This document shows positions 1 through 10,717 of a stretch of DNA of 64,000 bases, in pieces. The number at the start of each line of letters is the position of its first letter. Position 1 is the stretch's first letter. Under the pieces are notes generated by a model. That model saw only the letters and a list, made by a program, of their open reading frames with translations, had not been told where the DNA came from and made no database searches. This DNA is from Promethearchaeota archaeon. GTDB lineage: Archaea; Asgardarchaeota; Lokiarchaeia; Sigyniarchaeales; SOKP01. Both the position numbers and the translations under genes were made by a program. Location: contig JAHPZJ010000010.1 in the NCBI GenBank assembly GCA_019058245.1, forward strand, positions 1-64,000, given 5' to 3'.

Positions 1-2
1 TG

Positions 3-185
3 AGTTTATTTTCTTCAAATTCAAATAGGTTCATAGTATTTAAAGAAAAATATAATTCCCCAGTTTTAAAAAGTGAAATTAATGAGATCATTATTCATCG
101 AAATGAAAAGAAAATATCTATCGATAAATTAAATTCAAATATTATAAAGCATTTAAAAGCTAAAGATAATGCTAAGATTATTTAA
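3..185 (+). CDS. C-terminal fragment of a gene entering from the left edge
   Basis: Frame open from position 3 to TAA at 183-185; converges tail-to-tail with 189..608. Confidence 0.4.
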   Translation, partial: SLFSSNSNRFIVFKEKYNSPVLKSEINEIIIHRNEKKISIDKLNSNIIKHLKAKDNAKII

Positions 186-188
186 AAA

Positions 189-608
189 TTATTTAGCTTT
201 TAGATTAGCTAAGGTTTCTTCTAATATTTTTATTATCCTTTGTTTATAAGGAACCTGTTCGGGATACATATAACTAAAAGTTTTCCAATAAGGTCGTTTA
301 TGCCCGATTTTAAATTTAATTCCATTCATAGAAGTCATATATGAATTATTATCGATTTTAGTTGCGATCTGGTCAGCTATTAAGTACCAATGAAATTTAG
401 TATTAATCTTTGCTCCAGAATTAGTTGGAGCCGGATTAACTCTAGTTTTTATTGAATTAAACTTAAAACTCCATTTATCCGGTGCTTCTTTAGTTTCATG
501 CCATTTACCATTATTATAATTCCAATTATGAGAGCCACCTACTCTCATACCAGAATATTTTGTATTTTTATATCTTTTAAGAGAATCGTATATATTATAT
601 TTTATCAA
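189..608 (-). CDS. hypothetical protein (Trp/Tyr-rich, basic)
   Basis: 139-aa ORF with structured-looking motif GMRVGGSHNWNY..GKWHETK..PDKW. Confidence 0.7.
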   Translation of the reverse strand: MIKYNIYDSLKRYKNTKYSGMRVGGSHNWNYNNGKWHETKEAPDKWSFKFNSIKTRVNPAPTNSGAKINTKFHWYLIADQIATKIDNNSYMTSMNGIKFKIGHKRPYWKTFSYMYPEQVPYKQRIIKILEETLANLKAK

Positions 609-706
609 ATTAAACTACTTTGAGAGTTTTATGTACTAAAAATTAGCTTTTAATTAATAGAATATAACACTGAAAATTTACTGAAAAAAAAAATATTAAT
701 TGTTAT

Positions 707-1144
707 TTATTCAACTTTCCATTCATATGGTTTTGGACCAGCAAATAGCAAAACCAAGGAACAGACTATAATAGGTATACCACCCCACCCAAATCCGAAA
801 ATTTCTATAATTATTCCCCATAAAAGCATCCATGGTATCCTCGCCTTTCCAATAATTAAAACCCAATTATATAGATTATCCCAATCTTTATTTGCACACT
901 TATCAGAAAATTTGGGTTTAATAATTACAAATGATATTAAGACTGTGATAATACCACTGATTATATACCAAATAGAATTCCCAATCCCAAATATTCCTAT
1001 ACCTAACACCGCAGTTGCAGTTCCAATTATAATAACTCCATATATACCTAAAAAAAGTTCGATAATTCCACTTATAATTCCTATTACCCAAGCCCATTTC
1101 CCCAGAGTTGATACCCAAGATGCATGTTTCCATTCTTCACTCAT
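707..1144 (-). CDS. hypothetical membrane protein
   Basis: 145 aa with about 4 hydrophobic segments. Confidence 0.75.
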   Translation of the reverse strand: MSEEWKHASWVSTLGKWAWVIGIISGIIELFLGIYGVIIIGTATAVLGIGIFGIGNSIWYIISGIITVLISFVIIKPKFSDKCANKDWDNLYNWVLIIGKARIPWMLLWGIIIEIFGFGWGGIPIIVCSLVLLFAGPKPYEWKVE

Positions 1145-1320
1145 ATTTCTAACCTAAAGTCCTAATTTTTTATAGATTTAGTAAGAAAATATGTTGTATA
1201 AATAATTCTTTAATTTATTTATATGTGGTTTTATCTATATAATTTTTAAGTTAAAAATTTTATCCTTATTTGAGTAAATATCATTAATAACTTAGGTTAA
1301 TTAATATTTACTCTTTATTT

Positions 1321-2781
1321 CTATTCAGATTCTATTATTTCCCCCACGTAATAAAGTCCTACTAAATTTCCTCTACGCTCAAATTTTCTTGAAACTAATA
1401 AGATTATTACATGCTCATTCTCGTCAAGCAATTTTTTCTCAACAGAATGTTTAACAGACTGCTCTATAATTTCTTCAGCATCCATATTAAAGAAATCAAA
1501 ATTTTCAATTTGAACAGCTTTTACACCCCATACTAAGTTTAATTCCCTTGCGGTTCTTTTATGTGGGGTTATAGCAATTATTGGTAAGGGGGGTCTATAC
1601 TTTGCAATCATCATAGCACCATATCCCTTTCGAGTTATAACTAAAATTTTTCCTCTAAAATTCAATTCTTCCATTTCAGATGCCAAAGAATGGATAGCAT
1701 GCCCCAATGTTTGAGTATGAGTTAATCTATCAGAATCATATTCATCTGGAACCCTCTTTTGCATATTTTCAGTTGCAGTTTTCGCAATTTGGTTCATATA
1801 ATGAACAGCATCAATTGGATATTTTCCCATTGCCGTCTCTGCTGAAAGCATTACAGCATCGGTACCATCCATAACTGCATTGTAAACATCATTTGCTTCT
1901 GCCCTAGTGGGGATTGGATTTGTAACCATTGATTCAAGCATTTGAGTTGCTACAATAATAGGCTTTCCTTCACGATTACTTTTATAGATCATTTCCTTTT
2001 GCCATAAGGGAACTTTATCTGGATCTATCTCAACACCTAAATCTCCTCTGGCTACCATGATTCCATCGCTTACTTCTAAAATCTCATCGAATTTTTCTAA
2101 TGCTATAGGACGTTCAATTTTTGAAATTAATTTAATTTTAGAATTGCCAAAATTTTCAAGAATTCTTTTTACATGAAGAACATCATCTCCCCCAGAAACA
2201 AATGAAATCGCTACATATTCTGGATCGAGTTTCGCAATAAATTCCAGATCCTTTTTATCCTTTTCTGTGGGAACCTTCTGAGATAATTCACCTGTTGGAA
2301 TATTCACTCCTTTTCTATTGCTAATCGTCCCTCCCGCTAAAACCTCTGCAATTACATGATCTTCTTCTTTACTAATTACCTTAATTTTAATTATTCCATC
2401 ATTTACAAAAAAATTATCTCCAACTTTAATTGATTTTAGAAATCCAGGTAAAGGAATGGAAAATTGCGTTTGATCTCCTTGAATTTCTTTTTCAAAAACT
2501 TTTACTTTTTGACCTATCCCTAGATTATATGCTTTGTCATCTTTAAATTGCCCTACTCGAATTTTTGGTCCTTGAATATCAGCTAAAATCCCCACATATT
2601 CGCTTACTTCTCTAATTCTTTTAACTAATTCTGTCTTTTCATCATGAGATCCATGTGAAAAATTTAATCTAAAAATATCTACACCCGCATCAATAAGCTT
2701 TTTGAGCATTTCTTTTGAGCTCGAAGCAGGACCTAATGTAGAAACTATCTTAACTGTATTTTCTCTAAATGACATACTCAT
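1321..2781 (-). CDS. pyk: pyruvate kinase
   Basis: TLGPAS, RLNFSHG, DIQGPKIR, KIE, MVARGDLGVE, ATQMLESM, PTRAE, DAVMLSAETA.G.YP motifs. Confidence 0.97.
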   Translation of the reverse strand: MSMSFRENTVKIVSTLGPASSSKEMLKKLIDAGVDIFRLNFSHGSHDEKTELVKRIREVSEYVGILADIQGPKIRVGQFKDDKAYNLGIGQKVKVFEKEIQGDQTQFSIPLPGFLKSIKVGDNFFVNDGIIKIKVISKEEDHVIAEVLAGGTISNRKGVNIPTGELSQKVPTEKDKKDLEFIAKLDPEYVAISFVSGGDDVLHVKRILENFGNSKIKLISKIERPIALEKFDEILEVSDGIMVARGDLGVEIDPDKVPLWQKEMIYKSNREGKPIIVATQMLESMVTNPIPTRAEANDVYNAVMDGTDAVMLSAETAMGKYPIDAVHYMNQIAKTATENMQKRVPDEYDSDRLTHTQTLGHAIHSLASEMEELNFRGKILVITRKGYGAMMIAKYRPPLPIIAITPHKRTARELNLVWGVKAVQIENFDFFNMDAEEIIEQSVKHSVEKKLLDENEHVIILLVSRKFERRGNLVGLYYVGEIIESE

Positions 2782-2869
2782 AAACCTTTTTTTGTTTTCA
2801 TAGTAGTCTGGATACTGAACTCATAATTATTTTAATGATAAATAATATTATTGTGTTTGTACTTAAAAA

Positions 2870-3340
2870 TTATTCATTTTCTATTAAATTCTTAAAATGA
2901 TCTAATTTAATTCGAAATTTATGTCTAATAGATTTTAATTTTTCGATAGAATTATGATACCCTTCAGATTGCTTAATTTCTTTTATTAATAACAACTGAA
3001 TCCTTAGCATTTTAGGGAAAATTGAATATTGAATTAACTTAAGATCATTTTTTATGGCATAATCTTTTGCTATCTGAACTAATAAATCGGAACTATTATT
3101 TGCTAAGGAAATAGCTAAAAAGTATCTTAATTTTGGTGTTTTGGAATAATTTTTTACAATAAATAAAAAAAAATTTTTGTTTTTCTCACTTAAATCATAT
3201 AATTTTTCTATTTTTAAAGTTTTAAATTGATTATTGTAAAGTTCAGAGATTGGAGCATGTTTACCTCTTATCTTTTTAATATCTTTAAAAATATTATTCC
3301 TAATAAACGATTTCAAATCAATATGGTTTAATTCTGGCAT
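2870..3340 (-). CDS. hypothetical protein
   Basis: 156-aa ORF, no recognised motif. Confidence 0.6.
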   Translation of the reverse strand: MPELNHIDLKSFIRNNIFKDIKKIRGKHAPISELYNNQFKTLKIEKLYDLSEKNKNFFLFIVKNYSKTPKLRYFLAISLANNSSDLLVQIAKDYAIKNDLKLIQYSIFPKMLRIQLLLIKEIKQSEGYHNSIEKLKSIRHKFRIKLDHFKNLIENE

Positions 3341-3823
3341 TTTTTAACTCGATGATTTATCTTAAATTGAAATAATTAGCATATATAATTATAGTTTAAA
3401 AGATATATATTAGATTTGATTTAATTCCTATATTGCAATTTTAAAATCGAGTTTTTTGGGATGTATTAACCTCAAAATTAAAAATATTAGAAATTAGGTT
3501 ATATAATTTATGTAATTTCATCATCTTAACTAAAATCTAAAAGATTTATGAAATCATAGAAATTATAATGAAATTTAATGGAATAGAGGGTTTCTTTTAT
3601 AAAAAGCTTTGAATTAAAAGTGAGCATTTAAATTTGCTTTAGATATCATTAAAGAAACATTTAAATAATCACTTTATTATATTATAAATGGTACCACTTT
3701 TTGCGATCACTCAAAAATTTTCATTAATGGGTCATTTGAGAGCATTTATTACATCCGACAAGGTTCTAAATAAAGAATTTTTATTAAAATAGATTAAAAA
3801 TAAATTTATATAAAGATAAAAAA

Positions 3824-4045
3824 ATGTCGATGTCATTAGTTCCATCTGTAAACAATAACCAAATTTCAATACAAAAGTTTATTGATTGGGATAAATTTGA
3901 GAATATTTTTTATAATAACCTTTATTTAGAGAACTATAAAATTGTAATTAAAATTCCTCTTATTCCTAAAAAAGACCTAAAAAACGAGATTAAAATAAAG
4001 AAGTTTAATCTGGAAAAATATACATTTTTAATTTCTTACGATTAG
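3824..4045 (+). CDS. small hypothetical protein
   Basis: 73-aa ATG ORF. Confidence 0.45.
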   Translation: MSMSLVPSVNNNQISIQKFIDWDKFENIFYNNLYLENYKIVIKIPLIPKKDLKNEIKIKKFNLEKYTFLISYD

Positions 4046-4070
4046 TGTTTTATGTTAAAAATATAAAAAC

Positions 4071-4214
4071 TCAATTGTTCTTAGTCATTTTACTTTTTCT
4101 TTTTCCTTTGTTAAGTTTATTCCAGCATGAGAAACAAATATATGTTTTATCTTCTAACAGAACTAAATCTTTTGTTGAGCGAATCATTCCACATCGATCA
4201 CATTTTTTTAACAT
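4071..4214 (-). CDS. small zinc-finger protein, 47 aa (not in ORF track)
   Basis: MLKKCDRCGMIRSTKDLVLLEDKTYICFSCWNKLNKGKRKSKMTKNN; CxxC...CxxC; AGGT SD-like motif upstream. Confidence 0.7.
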   Translation of the reverse strand: MLKKCDRCGMIRSTKDLVLLEDKTYICFSCWNKLNKGKRKSKMTKNN

Positions 4215-4394
4215 TCAATTTACCTATTATATTTAATTTTGCCTCTAAGATTATATCGATTTAACAATATTAATTATTTTTTAAATAGATTGAAAGAATA
4301 AAATATTCAAATATAACTAATAGGAAAAAGGATTTTTATTTTTCAAAATTATACAACATAAATAATTATAAGAATTATTTAAGAAGAATTGTAA

Positions 4395-5414
4395 ATGATT
4401 GCTAATATTACTGACGGATTAGAAAGTGGTAATTTGGTCTTAAAGGTGTTAACAACCAATACAGTTGATGTAACTTTATATACAGAAGATAAGTTTTTGG
4501 GGAAAGTTATACAACCACGAGCAGAAGCAATTCAAGCGATTGGTGAACATGGATTAGCAATTCTCATTAAATTTTTTAAAGACGGTACACCTCATAATTA
4601 TCTATTTGATACTGGAAGTCTTAAATCTACAATAATTGAGAATTGCGATGTTTTTAATGTAAATTTACACAACATTGAAAAGGTAATTATAAGTCATGGT
4701 CATTATGATCATTTTGGGGGATTAATGAAAGTTATACCTCAATTAAAAGAAGGTAGTGAATTATATTTGAATCCCGAATGTTTTTATCAAACTCATCAAA
4801 TAGACTTTAGAGATGGACAAGAAGTCTCAATGAAAGAATTAGAATACTCCTTAGAAAAGCTAAAACAAAACGGGACTATTACAAAACATAGAAAATATCC
4901 TTTATTAGACAAAAAATTGATTTATGATCTTGCCAAAATACATAGAGTAAAAATAATTGAGACAAGAGAACCTCAAAAATTATATAAAGGTTTTATAACT
5001 AGTGGAGTAATTGAAATATTTGATGAAAGTGAAGTAACTAAAGGACGTCTAGTTTCAGATGAAATAAACAATTTCAAAAAATATACTGCTCGAGATGAAA
5101 CCTCGATTTATATTAATATTGTAAATAAAGGTTTAATAATTCTAACGGGATGTGCACATGTAGGTATAATCAACACAATAAAACATGCCCAAAAATTAAC
5201 TGGTATTGAAAAGGTGTATGCTATTATTGGTGGATTTCATAAAGTAAATGTTCCAATAGCAATGATTGAAGAAACAATCCAATTTATTGAAGATTTAGAT
5301 CCTGAGGTAACCTGTGGGATGCATTGTACAGGTTTTGAATTTAATAAAAGAATGAGCGTTAGAGGACATCCATCACATACATTAGGAGTGACAGGAACAG
5401 AATTTCATCTCTGA
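4395..5414 (+). CDS. MBL-fold metallohydrolase (EHG...SHGHYDH...GCAH...GGFH...HCTG type)
   Basis: HxHxDH metal-binding motif plus characteristic EHG, GCAH, GGFH, HCTG motifs. Confidence 0.9.
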   Translation: MIANITDGLESGNLVLKVLTTNTVDVTLYTEDKFLGKVIQPRAEAIQAIGEHGLAILIKFFKDGTPHNYLFDTGSLKSTIIENCDVFNVNLHNIEKVIISHGHYDHFGGLMKVIPQLKEGSELYLNPECFYQTHQIDFRDGQEVSMKELEYSLEKLKQNGTITKHRKYPLLDKKLIYDLAKIHRVKIIETREPQKLYKGFITSGVIEIFDESEVTKGRLVSDEINNFKKYTARDETSIYINIVNKGLIILTGCAHVGIINTIKHAQKLTGIEKVYAIIGGFHKVNVPIAMIEETIQFIEDLDPEVTCGMHCTGFEFNKRMSVRGHPSHTLGVTGTEFHL

Positions 5415-5484
5415 ATTATTAAAACCCACCTTTTAATTAAATATACTTTAAAAAATATAAAAAAAATTATAATTTTATATAGAT

Positions 5485-6267
5485 TTAATCTCTGAAACCA
5501 TAATATGCATTAATAAGTAATAATAAAAATCCAACAACAGACAATTCATAACCATCTGGTAATTCAAATAAAATTATTTGATTCCAACCGAAAGTAAACC
5601 AAATCAAAGATATAACCACTATTATAAACATTATAGTAGAAAGGATATTACGTCCTTTTCTCTTCCACCAACTGGATTCTTCTAACAATATCTTTTCAAT
5701 GATCTCAACATCAGTAAGGGAAGCATCCATATTTACAATTTTTTCTTTAAGCTTTTTCTTTTCTCTAGAATGGGCAATTGATCTAAAAGAAGCACCAAGT
5801 ATGAATAGAATAACAATTATTAATAGATCAAATATTGTATTGGTTACTTCAAATGAAGCACTTGGATTAGAATAATAAGTAATAAGTGTTAAGAATAATA
5901 ATAATACCAAAAGAAATCTAACAGAATATTTGGGCAAATACAAGGGATATTTTTGTTTTTTGGTATCTTGAATTATTAGATCTGGTCTTTTTATTTCCTC
6001 GATAACATCACTCATCTTTTCATATCCACTTCTTCTTGCTTCAAAATAAAAAGCAACCACAACAAAGATTACATTTACTATTAAGGGATCAATTGGCTGG
6101 CGAAACAACAAGTTTCCCAAAGGAAAGGCTACAATCATAATTGTGCTCAATGCTCTAATTGTTCCTCGAGGTGTTCCAAGCGGATGGCCTTCAACTTTAC
6201 CTCCCACACTAAATCTGTTAATCAAAACCCATGTACCAAAGATCAACAATAAAATAAAGGATATCAT
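5485..6267 (-). CDS. membrane protein with internal repeat
   Basis: Multiple TM segments; repeated PLG/YxPxGT/SI/VR-like motif (HPLGTPRGTIR; YPLYLPKYSVR). Confidence 0.7.
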   Translation of the reverse strand: MISFILLLIFGTWVLINRFSVGGKVEGHPLGTPRGTIRALSTIMIVAFPLGNLLFRQPIDPLIVNVIFVVVAFYFEARRSGYEKMSDVIEEIKRPDLIIQDTKKQKYPLYLPKYSVRFLLVLLLFLTLITYYSNPSASFEVTNTIFDLLIIVILFILGASFRSIAHSREKKKLKEKIVNMDASLTDVEIIEKILLEESSWWKRKGRNILSTIMFIIVVISLIWFTFGWNQIILFELPDGYELSVVGFLLLLINAYYGFRD

Positions 6268-6504
6268 TTTTTTTCGCTCTATTTTTCTTTCTATTCAAAA
6301 TATACCTGAATAGGTTCTAATTTAGTTATGATCTATTTGATTTTAATACTTTTAAGACTTTTGTTATTACAATCTAAAAACTCTATAGAAATATATATAA
6401 TTATTCGTTCAATTTGAATAGAATAAAAACTCAGAATTTTGAATGATTGAAATGAAGCTTTAAATCAACTTTTAAAAGAAAAAAATAAAACATTAAGGTT
6501 TAAA

Positions 6505-6891
6505 TTACTTAGGAAATCGTTCGAGAAATGATTCTGATATTCCCCTTCTTTGAAGCAAATCGAATTTATCAGCTTGTCGAGTTGGAGATTTCTGAAATGC
6601 ATATTCAATAGCTCTAATAAATTGTAAACCATCACCAGTTATCTCATATACTCCATTTCCTTCTCTTCTAATCAAATTAACCTCTTTTAATTGAGTAAGA
6701 TGATTAGAAACAGCGGTTTTTTTTAATTCTAACTCATTTACAATTTTACTATAAGATTGTGGTCCTTTTAAGAGTAATACAAGAATATATATTCTCTTCT
6801 CGTTACCGATTGCTTTCAATATATCTACTATTTCTGAGAATGAGGTCATAATAGATTCTATTAGATGTTCATGAACATTTTGAGTAATCAA
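6505..6891 (-). CDS. ArsR/SmtB-family winged-helix regulator
   Basis: LKAIGNEKR..IL..L...P.S..I......VSNHL..L...LI. Confidence 0.85.
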   Translation of the reverse strand: MITQNVHEHLIESIMTSFSEIVDILKAIGNEKRIYILVLLLKGPQSYSKIVNELELKKTAVSNHLTQLKEVNLIRREGNGVYEITGDGLQFIRAIEYAFQKSPTRQADKFDLLQRRGISESFLERFPK

Positions 6892-7406
6892 TTTTTATCT
6901 TCCTCTTTTAATTTTATAGGTACATACCAATCCATTAACGAATTCTCAATGTCTTTCTCGTCCCATCTATCAGGATGGTAGGATTGCATCATAAATGGGT
7001 ATGATGGTTCGTACTCCGAATCAGGTAACCACTGAGAAAACACATACTTGGTTCCTTTACCCTTGTATTTCGATGTAAAGAATAAATATTTAGATTCTGG
7101 AAACACTTTATAGAACATTTCCAATGGGAAAAATTCTAAACTTTTCACTTCAATTCCCACAAAAATATGAAATTTCTTATGTTTAGTGTAGTCATCCGGT
7201 TCAATGTGAACTTCATACCCATATGCTTTTCCAAATTTTATAGTTTCTAGAAAATTCCTGTATTTATAATAAATTTTTTCAAATCTTTCCCATGTCTTGC
7301 CAATTTCGTTTTCTCTATCCCAACCTTTTGCTGAATGAAATGGATCTCCATAATAAACACACCCTAAGAGTTTAAAAACTTTAGCTTCTAAGACTTTTGG
7401 TTCCAA
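6888..7406 (-). CDS. GyrI-like small-molecule-binding domain protein
   Basis: IGKTWERF, FVGIEV, P..KY..F, WLP.S.Y, WYVPIK pattern; coupled to ArsR gene by 4-nt overlap. Confidence 0.8.
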   Translation of the reverse strand: MEPKVLEAKVFKLLGCVYYGDPFHSAKGWDRENEIGKTWERFEKIYYKYRNFLETIKFGKAYGYEVHIEPDDYTKHKKFHIFVGIEVKSLEFFPLEMFYKVFPESKYLFFTSKYKGKGTKYVFSQWLPDSEYEPSYPFMMQSYHPDRWDEKDIENSLMDWYVPIKLKEEDKN

Positions 7407-7550
7407 ATGATTAAAAAATTTTTATTTGTTCTTAATAAAAATATAATTTTTCAATTATTTAAGTCTATTCACTTTTTTTAGAGCTTTATTCATATTATTT
7501 AAATATTAGAAAATCATTTTGTGGTTACCAACTTAAAATAGGAAAAAAAA

Positions 7551-8030
7551 ATGAACATGCAAGAATACACTATAAGACCGATAGGTAAGGTAAGAGTTAA
7601 AGGAGATGATCCAAAAACAGCACAATATTTTTTAGATATCGAAAAACCTTATCGTTCGGCACTAAAAGAGTTAGATAAATGGTCTCACGTAATTATTCTT
7701 TTTTGGGCCCATGAAATGGATAAAGATGAATATAGGAGTGCTGAAGATTGGGCGGTGGATGTCCCATATGCAGAGGGCGCACCTAAAACGGGGATCTTCG
7801 CAACTCGTGCAGAATATCGTCCTAATCCTATCCTTATGACAACATCAGCAATAATTGATGTTGATATTAAAAATGGGATGGTTCTATTAGCAGGTATAGA
7901 CGCTTATAGTGGTACACCAATTATCGATCTAAAGGCATATTTTCCAATATGTGACAGGGTTAGAGATGCTCACATTGCTCCTTGGTTTGATGGATGGCCA
8001 GAATATCTTGAAGACGGTATTGAATGGTGA
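7551..8030 (+). CDS. TsaA/TrmO-like (YaeB) SAM-binding protein
   Basis: RPIGKV, GIFATRAEYRPNPI, GIDAYSGTPIIDLKAY. Confidence 0.88.
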   Translation: MNMQEYTIRPIGKVRVKGDDPKTAQYFLDIEKPYRSALKELDKWSHVIILFWAHEMDKDEYRSAEDWAVDVPYAEGAPKTGIFATRAEYRPNPILMTTSAIIDVDIKNGMVLLAGIDAYSGTPIIDLKAYFPICDRVRDAHIAPWFDGWPEYLEDGIEW

Positions 8031-8142
8031 CAAGAGCAAGGCTTTTTTGAAGATTATGAATAATTATGAGGCAGAAACTATGATAACTTCAATAAGAAAA
8101 CTTAATTTTTTAATTATAAGATTGTAAAAAGAGGAAAAGAAA

Positions 8143-8910
8143 ATGGTAAGAATTTTGGATGTGAATGAGAAAAATATTGATGAACAGGAATTATTTTGTA
8201 AAAAAACAAAAAAGAAATTTCCTGGTTATCAAAATAAGGTTAAATGGATGAAAGAAAGATTTAAAGAAGGATTAAAATATAAAGTCTTATATGTTCAGGA
8301 AGGAAATAAAGAAACTTCCCGTGGTATGATCGAATATATTCCCGGAGAGTTTAATTGGCGTGGAATACAAGCTGATGGGTGGATGGTTATCCACTGTATT
8401 TGGGTTGTCGGGAAATCAAAAGGTAAAGGATATGGAAATAAATTATTACAGATTGCAATTGAGGATGCGAGGACACAAGGTATGCATGGTATTGTAGGGA
8501 TGTCAGCAGAGAAAGGGGGTTGGATCCCTAAAAAAAAGCTATTCATCAGTAATGGTTTTAAAAAAGTTGACGAAATTGAACCAAATTATAGTTTGTATGC
8601 TTTATATTTTAATAAAGATGCCCCAAAACCACGATTTTATCTCATTGATAAACAGAAACGGAATGAATATTTAGATAATGGAGTGACGATTATATACACA
8701 GATCAGTGTCCTTATATAATAGATTTTGTGGAAGAACTGAAAGAATCTGATAAAACAGGAAGATTTAAAACTATTAAACTTAATGATTGTAAAAAAGCAC
8801 AACAAAACGGAATTTATCCCTATGGAACATATTGCATAATATGTGATGGGAAAGTTTCTTTATATTTACATCAAACCAGAAGAGAAATCAATAGTATTTT
8901 AAATTTGTAA
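8143..8910 (+). CDS. GNAT acetyltransferase with YoaP-like C-terminal domain
   Basis: IEYIPGE..WR, IHCIWVVG..KGKGYG acetyl-CoA motif, YTDQCPY. Confidence 0.85.
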   Translation: MVRILDVNEKNIDEQELFCKKTKKKFPGYQNKVKWMKERFKEGLKYKVLYVQEGNKETSRGMIEYIPGEFNWRGIQADGWMVIHCIWVVGKSKGKGYGNKLLQIAIEDARTQGMHGIVGMSAEKGGWIPKKKLFISNGFKKVDEIEPNYSLYALYFNKDAPKPRFYLIDKQKRNEYLDNGVTIIYTDQCPYIIDFVEELKESDKTGRFKTIKLNDCKKAQQNGIYPYGTYCIICDGKVSLYLHQTRREINSILNL

Positions 8911-9078
8911 ATCAGAAATGTTATTAATTATAAAAAAACAATTATATAACATATTTCAAATAAAAATTCTTTTAAAATATTCTTTTTTTTCCACTTTTAG
9001 AAGGAACTAACGTGTCTCATATATTTTTTTATCTCTTATTCTAAAGCTTAAAAAACTAAAGATTTAAAAAAAAAATTA

Positions 9079-9519
9079 TTATAATTTATTTCTATCTACT
9101 ATTTTAAGTTCTAATACAACTTGTCCCCATCCATCACACTTTAATCCTGGATCAGTACAACTAACACGATTAAATCGCATTTCATTTGGATCAATTCCCG
9201 CTAATAGTAATTCATTGGCAGTATAGATTAATTTATCAAGTCCAGCTAATGCATATATGCATATTCGATTAGGGGATAACTTAGTCAATAGACTTCCTGC
9301 TCCATCAAAATAAATCTTATCTCCTACTTTATGCTGACTATTGCACCCATGAGATTCAATAACTTCAACAACGAGAGTTTTTCCAAGTAGTTTTAAGGAT
9401 TTTGAAAGAACATCAATATTTCGAGGATTATCAAGAAAAGTCTTGACTTCTTCATCGTTATACCCAAAATGTTCTTTTATATTTTCCTCCATATCTTTAC
9501 TTACATTCACATAGACCAC
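9079..9519 (-). CDS. Cys-motif hypothetical protein (GC...H.VGD...C...C.DP); true start probably GTG at 9510
   Basis: Conserved-looking Cys pattern; called GTG lies inside the GAGGTG SD. Confidence 0.7.
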   Translation of the reverse strand: MVYVNVSKDMEENIKEHFGYNDEEVKTFLDNPRNIDVLSKSLKLLGKTLVVEVIESHGCNSQHKVGDKIYFDGAGSLLTKLSPNRICIYALAGLDKLIYTANELLLAGIDPNEMRFNRVSCTDPGLKCDGWGQVVLELKIVDRNKL

Positions 9520-9522
9520 CTC

Positions 9523-10623
9523 TTATTTTTTATTAGTTTGAGCTAATTTTACTTTTGCTTTCATAATATCTATATAAGCTGCTTGTATATTCAATGGTGG
9601 TATAGTCTCTTTCTCATTCATTTCCAATTTTATTGCATTTTCAGAACAAGTAGGAATACAGAGCCCACATCCAATACATCTTCCGAGGTTAATCTCACTA
9701 ACTCCATTAATTAAGGAAATAGCATCCATATTGCATCGTTCTTCACAAACCCCACATCCAACACATAAGTTCCGATCAATAATTGCATGATAGTTTGATG
9801 CAAATAATTCAGCAGGCCTATCAAAGCGTTTTTGATTTGTTAAAACCTCACAACAACAACCACAACAGTTACATATAAAATCAGGTTGTTGAGAGTTAGA
9901 TACTTGTGGAACTAATCCTGCTTCTTCAAAATCCTTTATCAATTCATAAGCTTTTTCTTTTGATATGAATTTTGCTTCTCCTTTTTCATAGAATATTTTA
10001 GCTGCTGCTCCAAATGTTAAACATGTTTCTCTGAGATCTGTTCTTTTACAAGGATCACCAATCATATCATGTGCTTTTCGACAAATGCAATCCATAATAC
10101 CGATTTCACTAGAAATATCTATTATCTTTCGAATCTTGTCATAAGATGCAATTGGTAAGTCAATGGGAATGGCTTGTTCAATAGGTACAGTGCGAGTTTG
10201 AGGGATTCCTGGAACGTTATATTCCTTTTTAAAATAAGCTTCTTCAAAATATTGGAAGATTATATTGATTAGTTCTGGTGTAAGACGCCCTAATTGGTAT
10301 TCATACATACCTGGAATTAATGCTGCAAGAGAATATAGCTTTTCATCATTATTCATGAGTCTTATAACAGTTCCGTTTTCATACATTTTCTCTAATATAT
10401 TCTCTAATTCCTCTAAAGAAATGTCATTATTCTTTAATCTTCGATAAATTTCTTCAAGTTTCTGCAGATTAAAATTTAGTTCCATTGCCAACTGAGCTTC
10501 TTCTTCATTAAATAGTAGTTTTAATAAACGAATTTCGACTCCAGATTGAGATTTTGGAATTCCTACAGGCATTTTATTAAAATGTTGCTGCAATTTAAAA
10601 TAAATGTTGTTATTATCATTCAT
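9523..10623 (-). CDS. 4Fe-4S ferredoxin-domain protein
   Basis: CICR, CNCCGCCC and two CxxCxxCxxxC motifs at C-terminus. Confidence 0.9.
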   Translation of the reverse strand: MNDNNNIYFKLQQHFNKMPVGIPKSQSGVEIRLLKLLFNEEEAQLAMELNFNLQKLEEIYRRLKNNDISLEELENILEKMYENGTVIRLMNNDEKLYSLAALIPGMYEYQLGRLTPELINIIFQYFEEAYFKKEYNVPGIPQTRTVPIEQAIPIDLPIASYDKIRKIIDISSEIGIMDCICRKAHDMIGDPCKRTDLRETCLTFGAAAKIFYEKGEAKFISKEKAYELIKDFEEAGLVPQVSNSQQPDFICNCCGCCCEVLTNQKRFDRPAELFASNYHAIIDRNLCVGCGVCEERCNMDAISLINGVSEINLGRCIGCGLCIPTCSENAIKLEMNEKETIPPLNIQAAYIDIMKAKVKLAQTNKK

Positions 10624-10717
10624 TTTGAAAACACCATTTTATAAAAGTAAATGGTATTTATAATGATTAATCGATCAAAAACAACTAATTTTAAGTTGTA
10701 AATATTATATATGAATT

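Noticed and set aside
4045-4236. 63-aa plus-strand ORF
   Set aside because: Shadow of the minus-strand zinc-finger ORF
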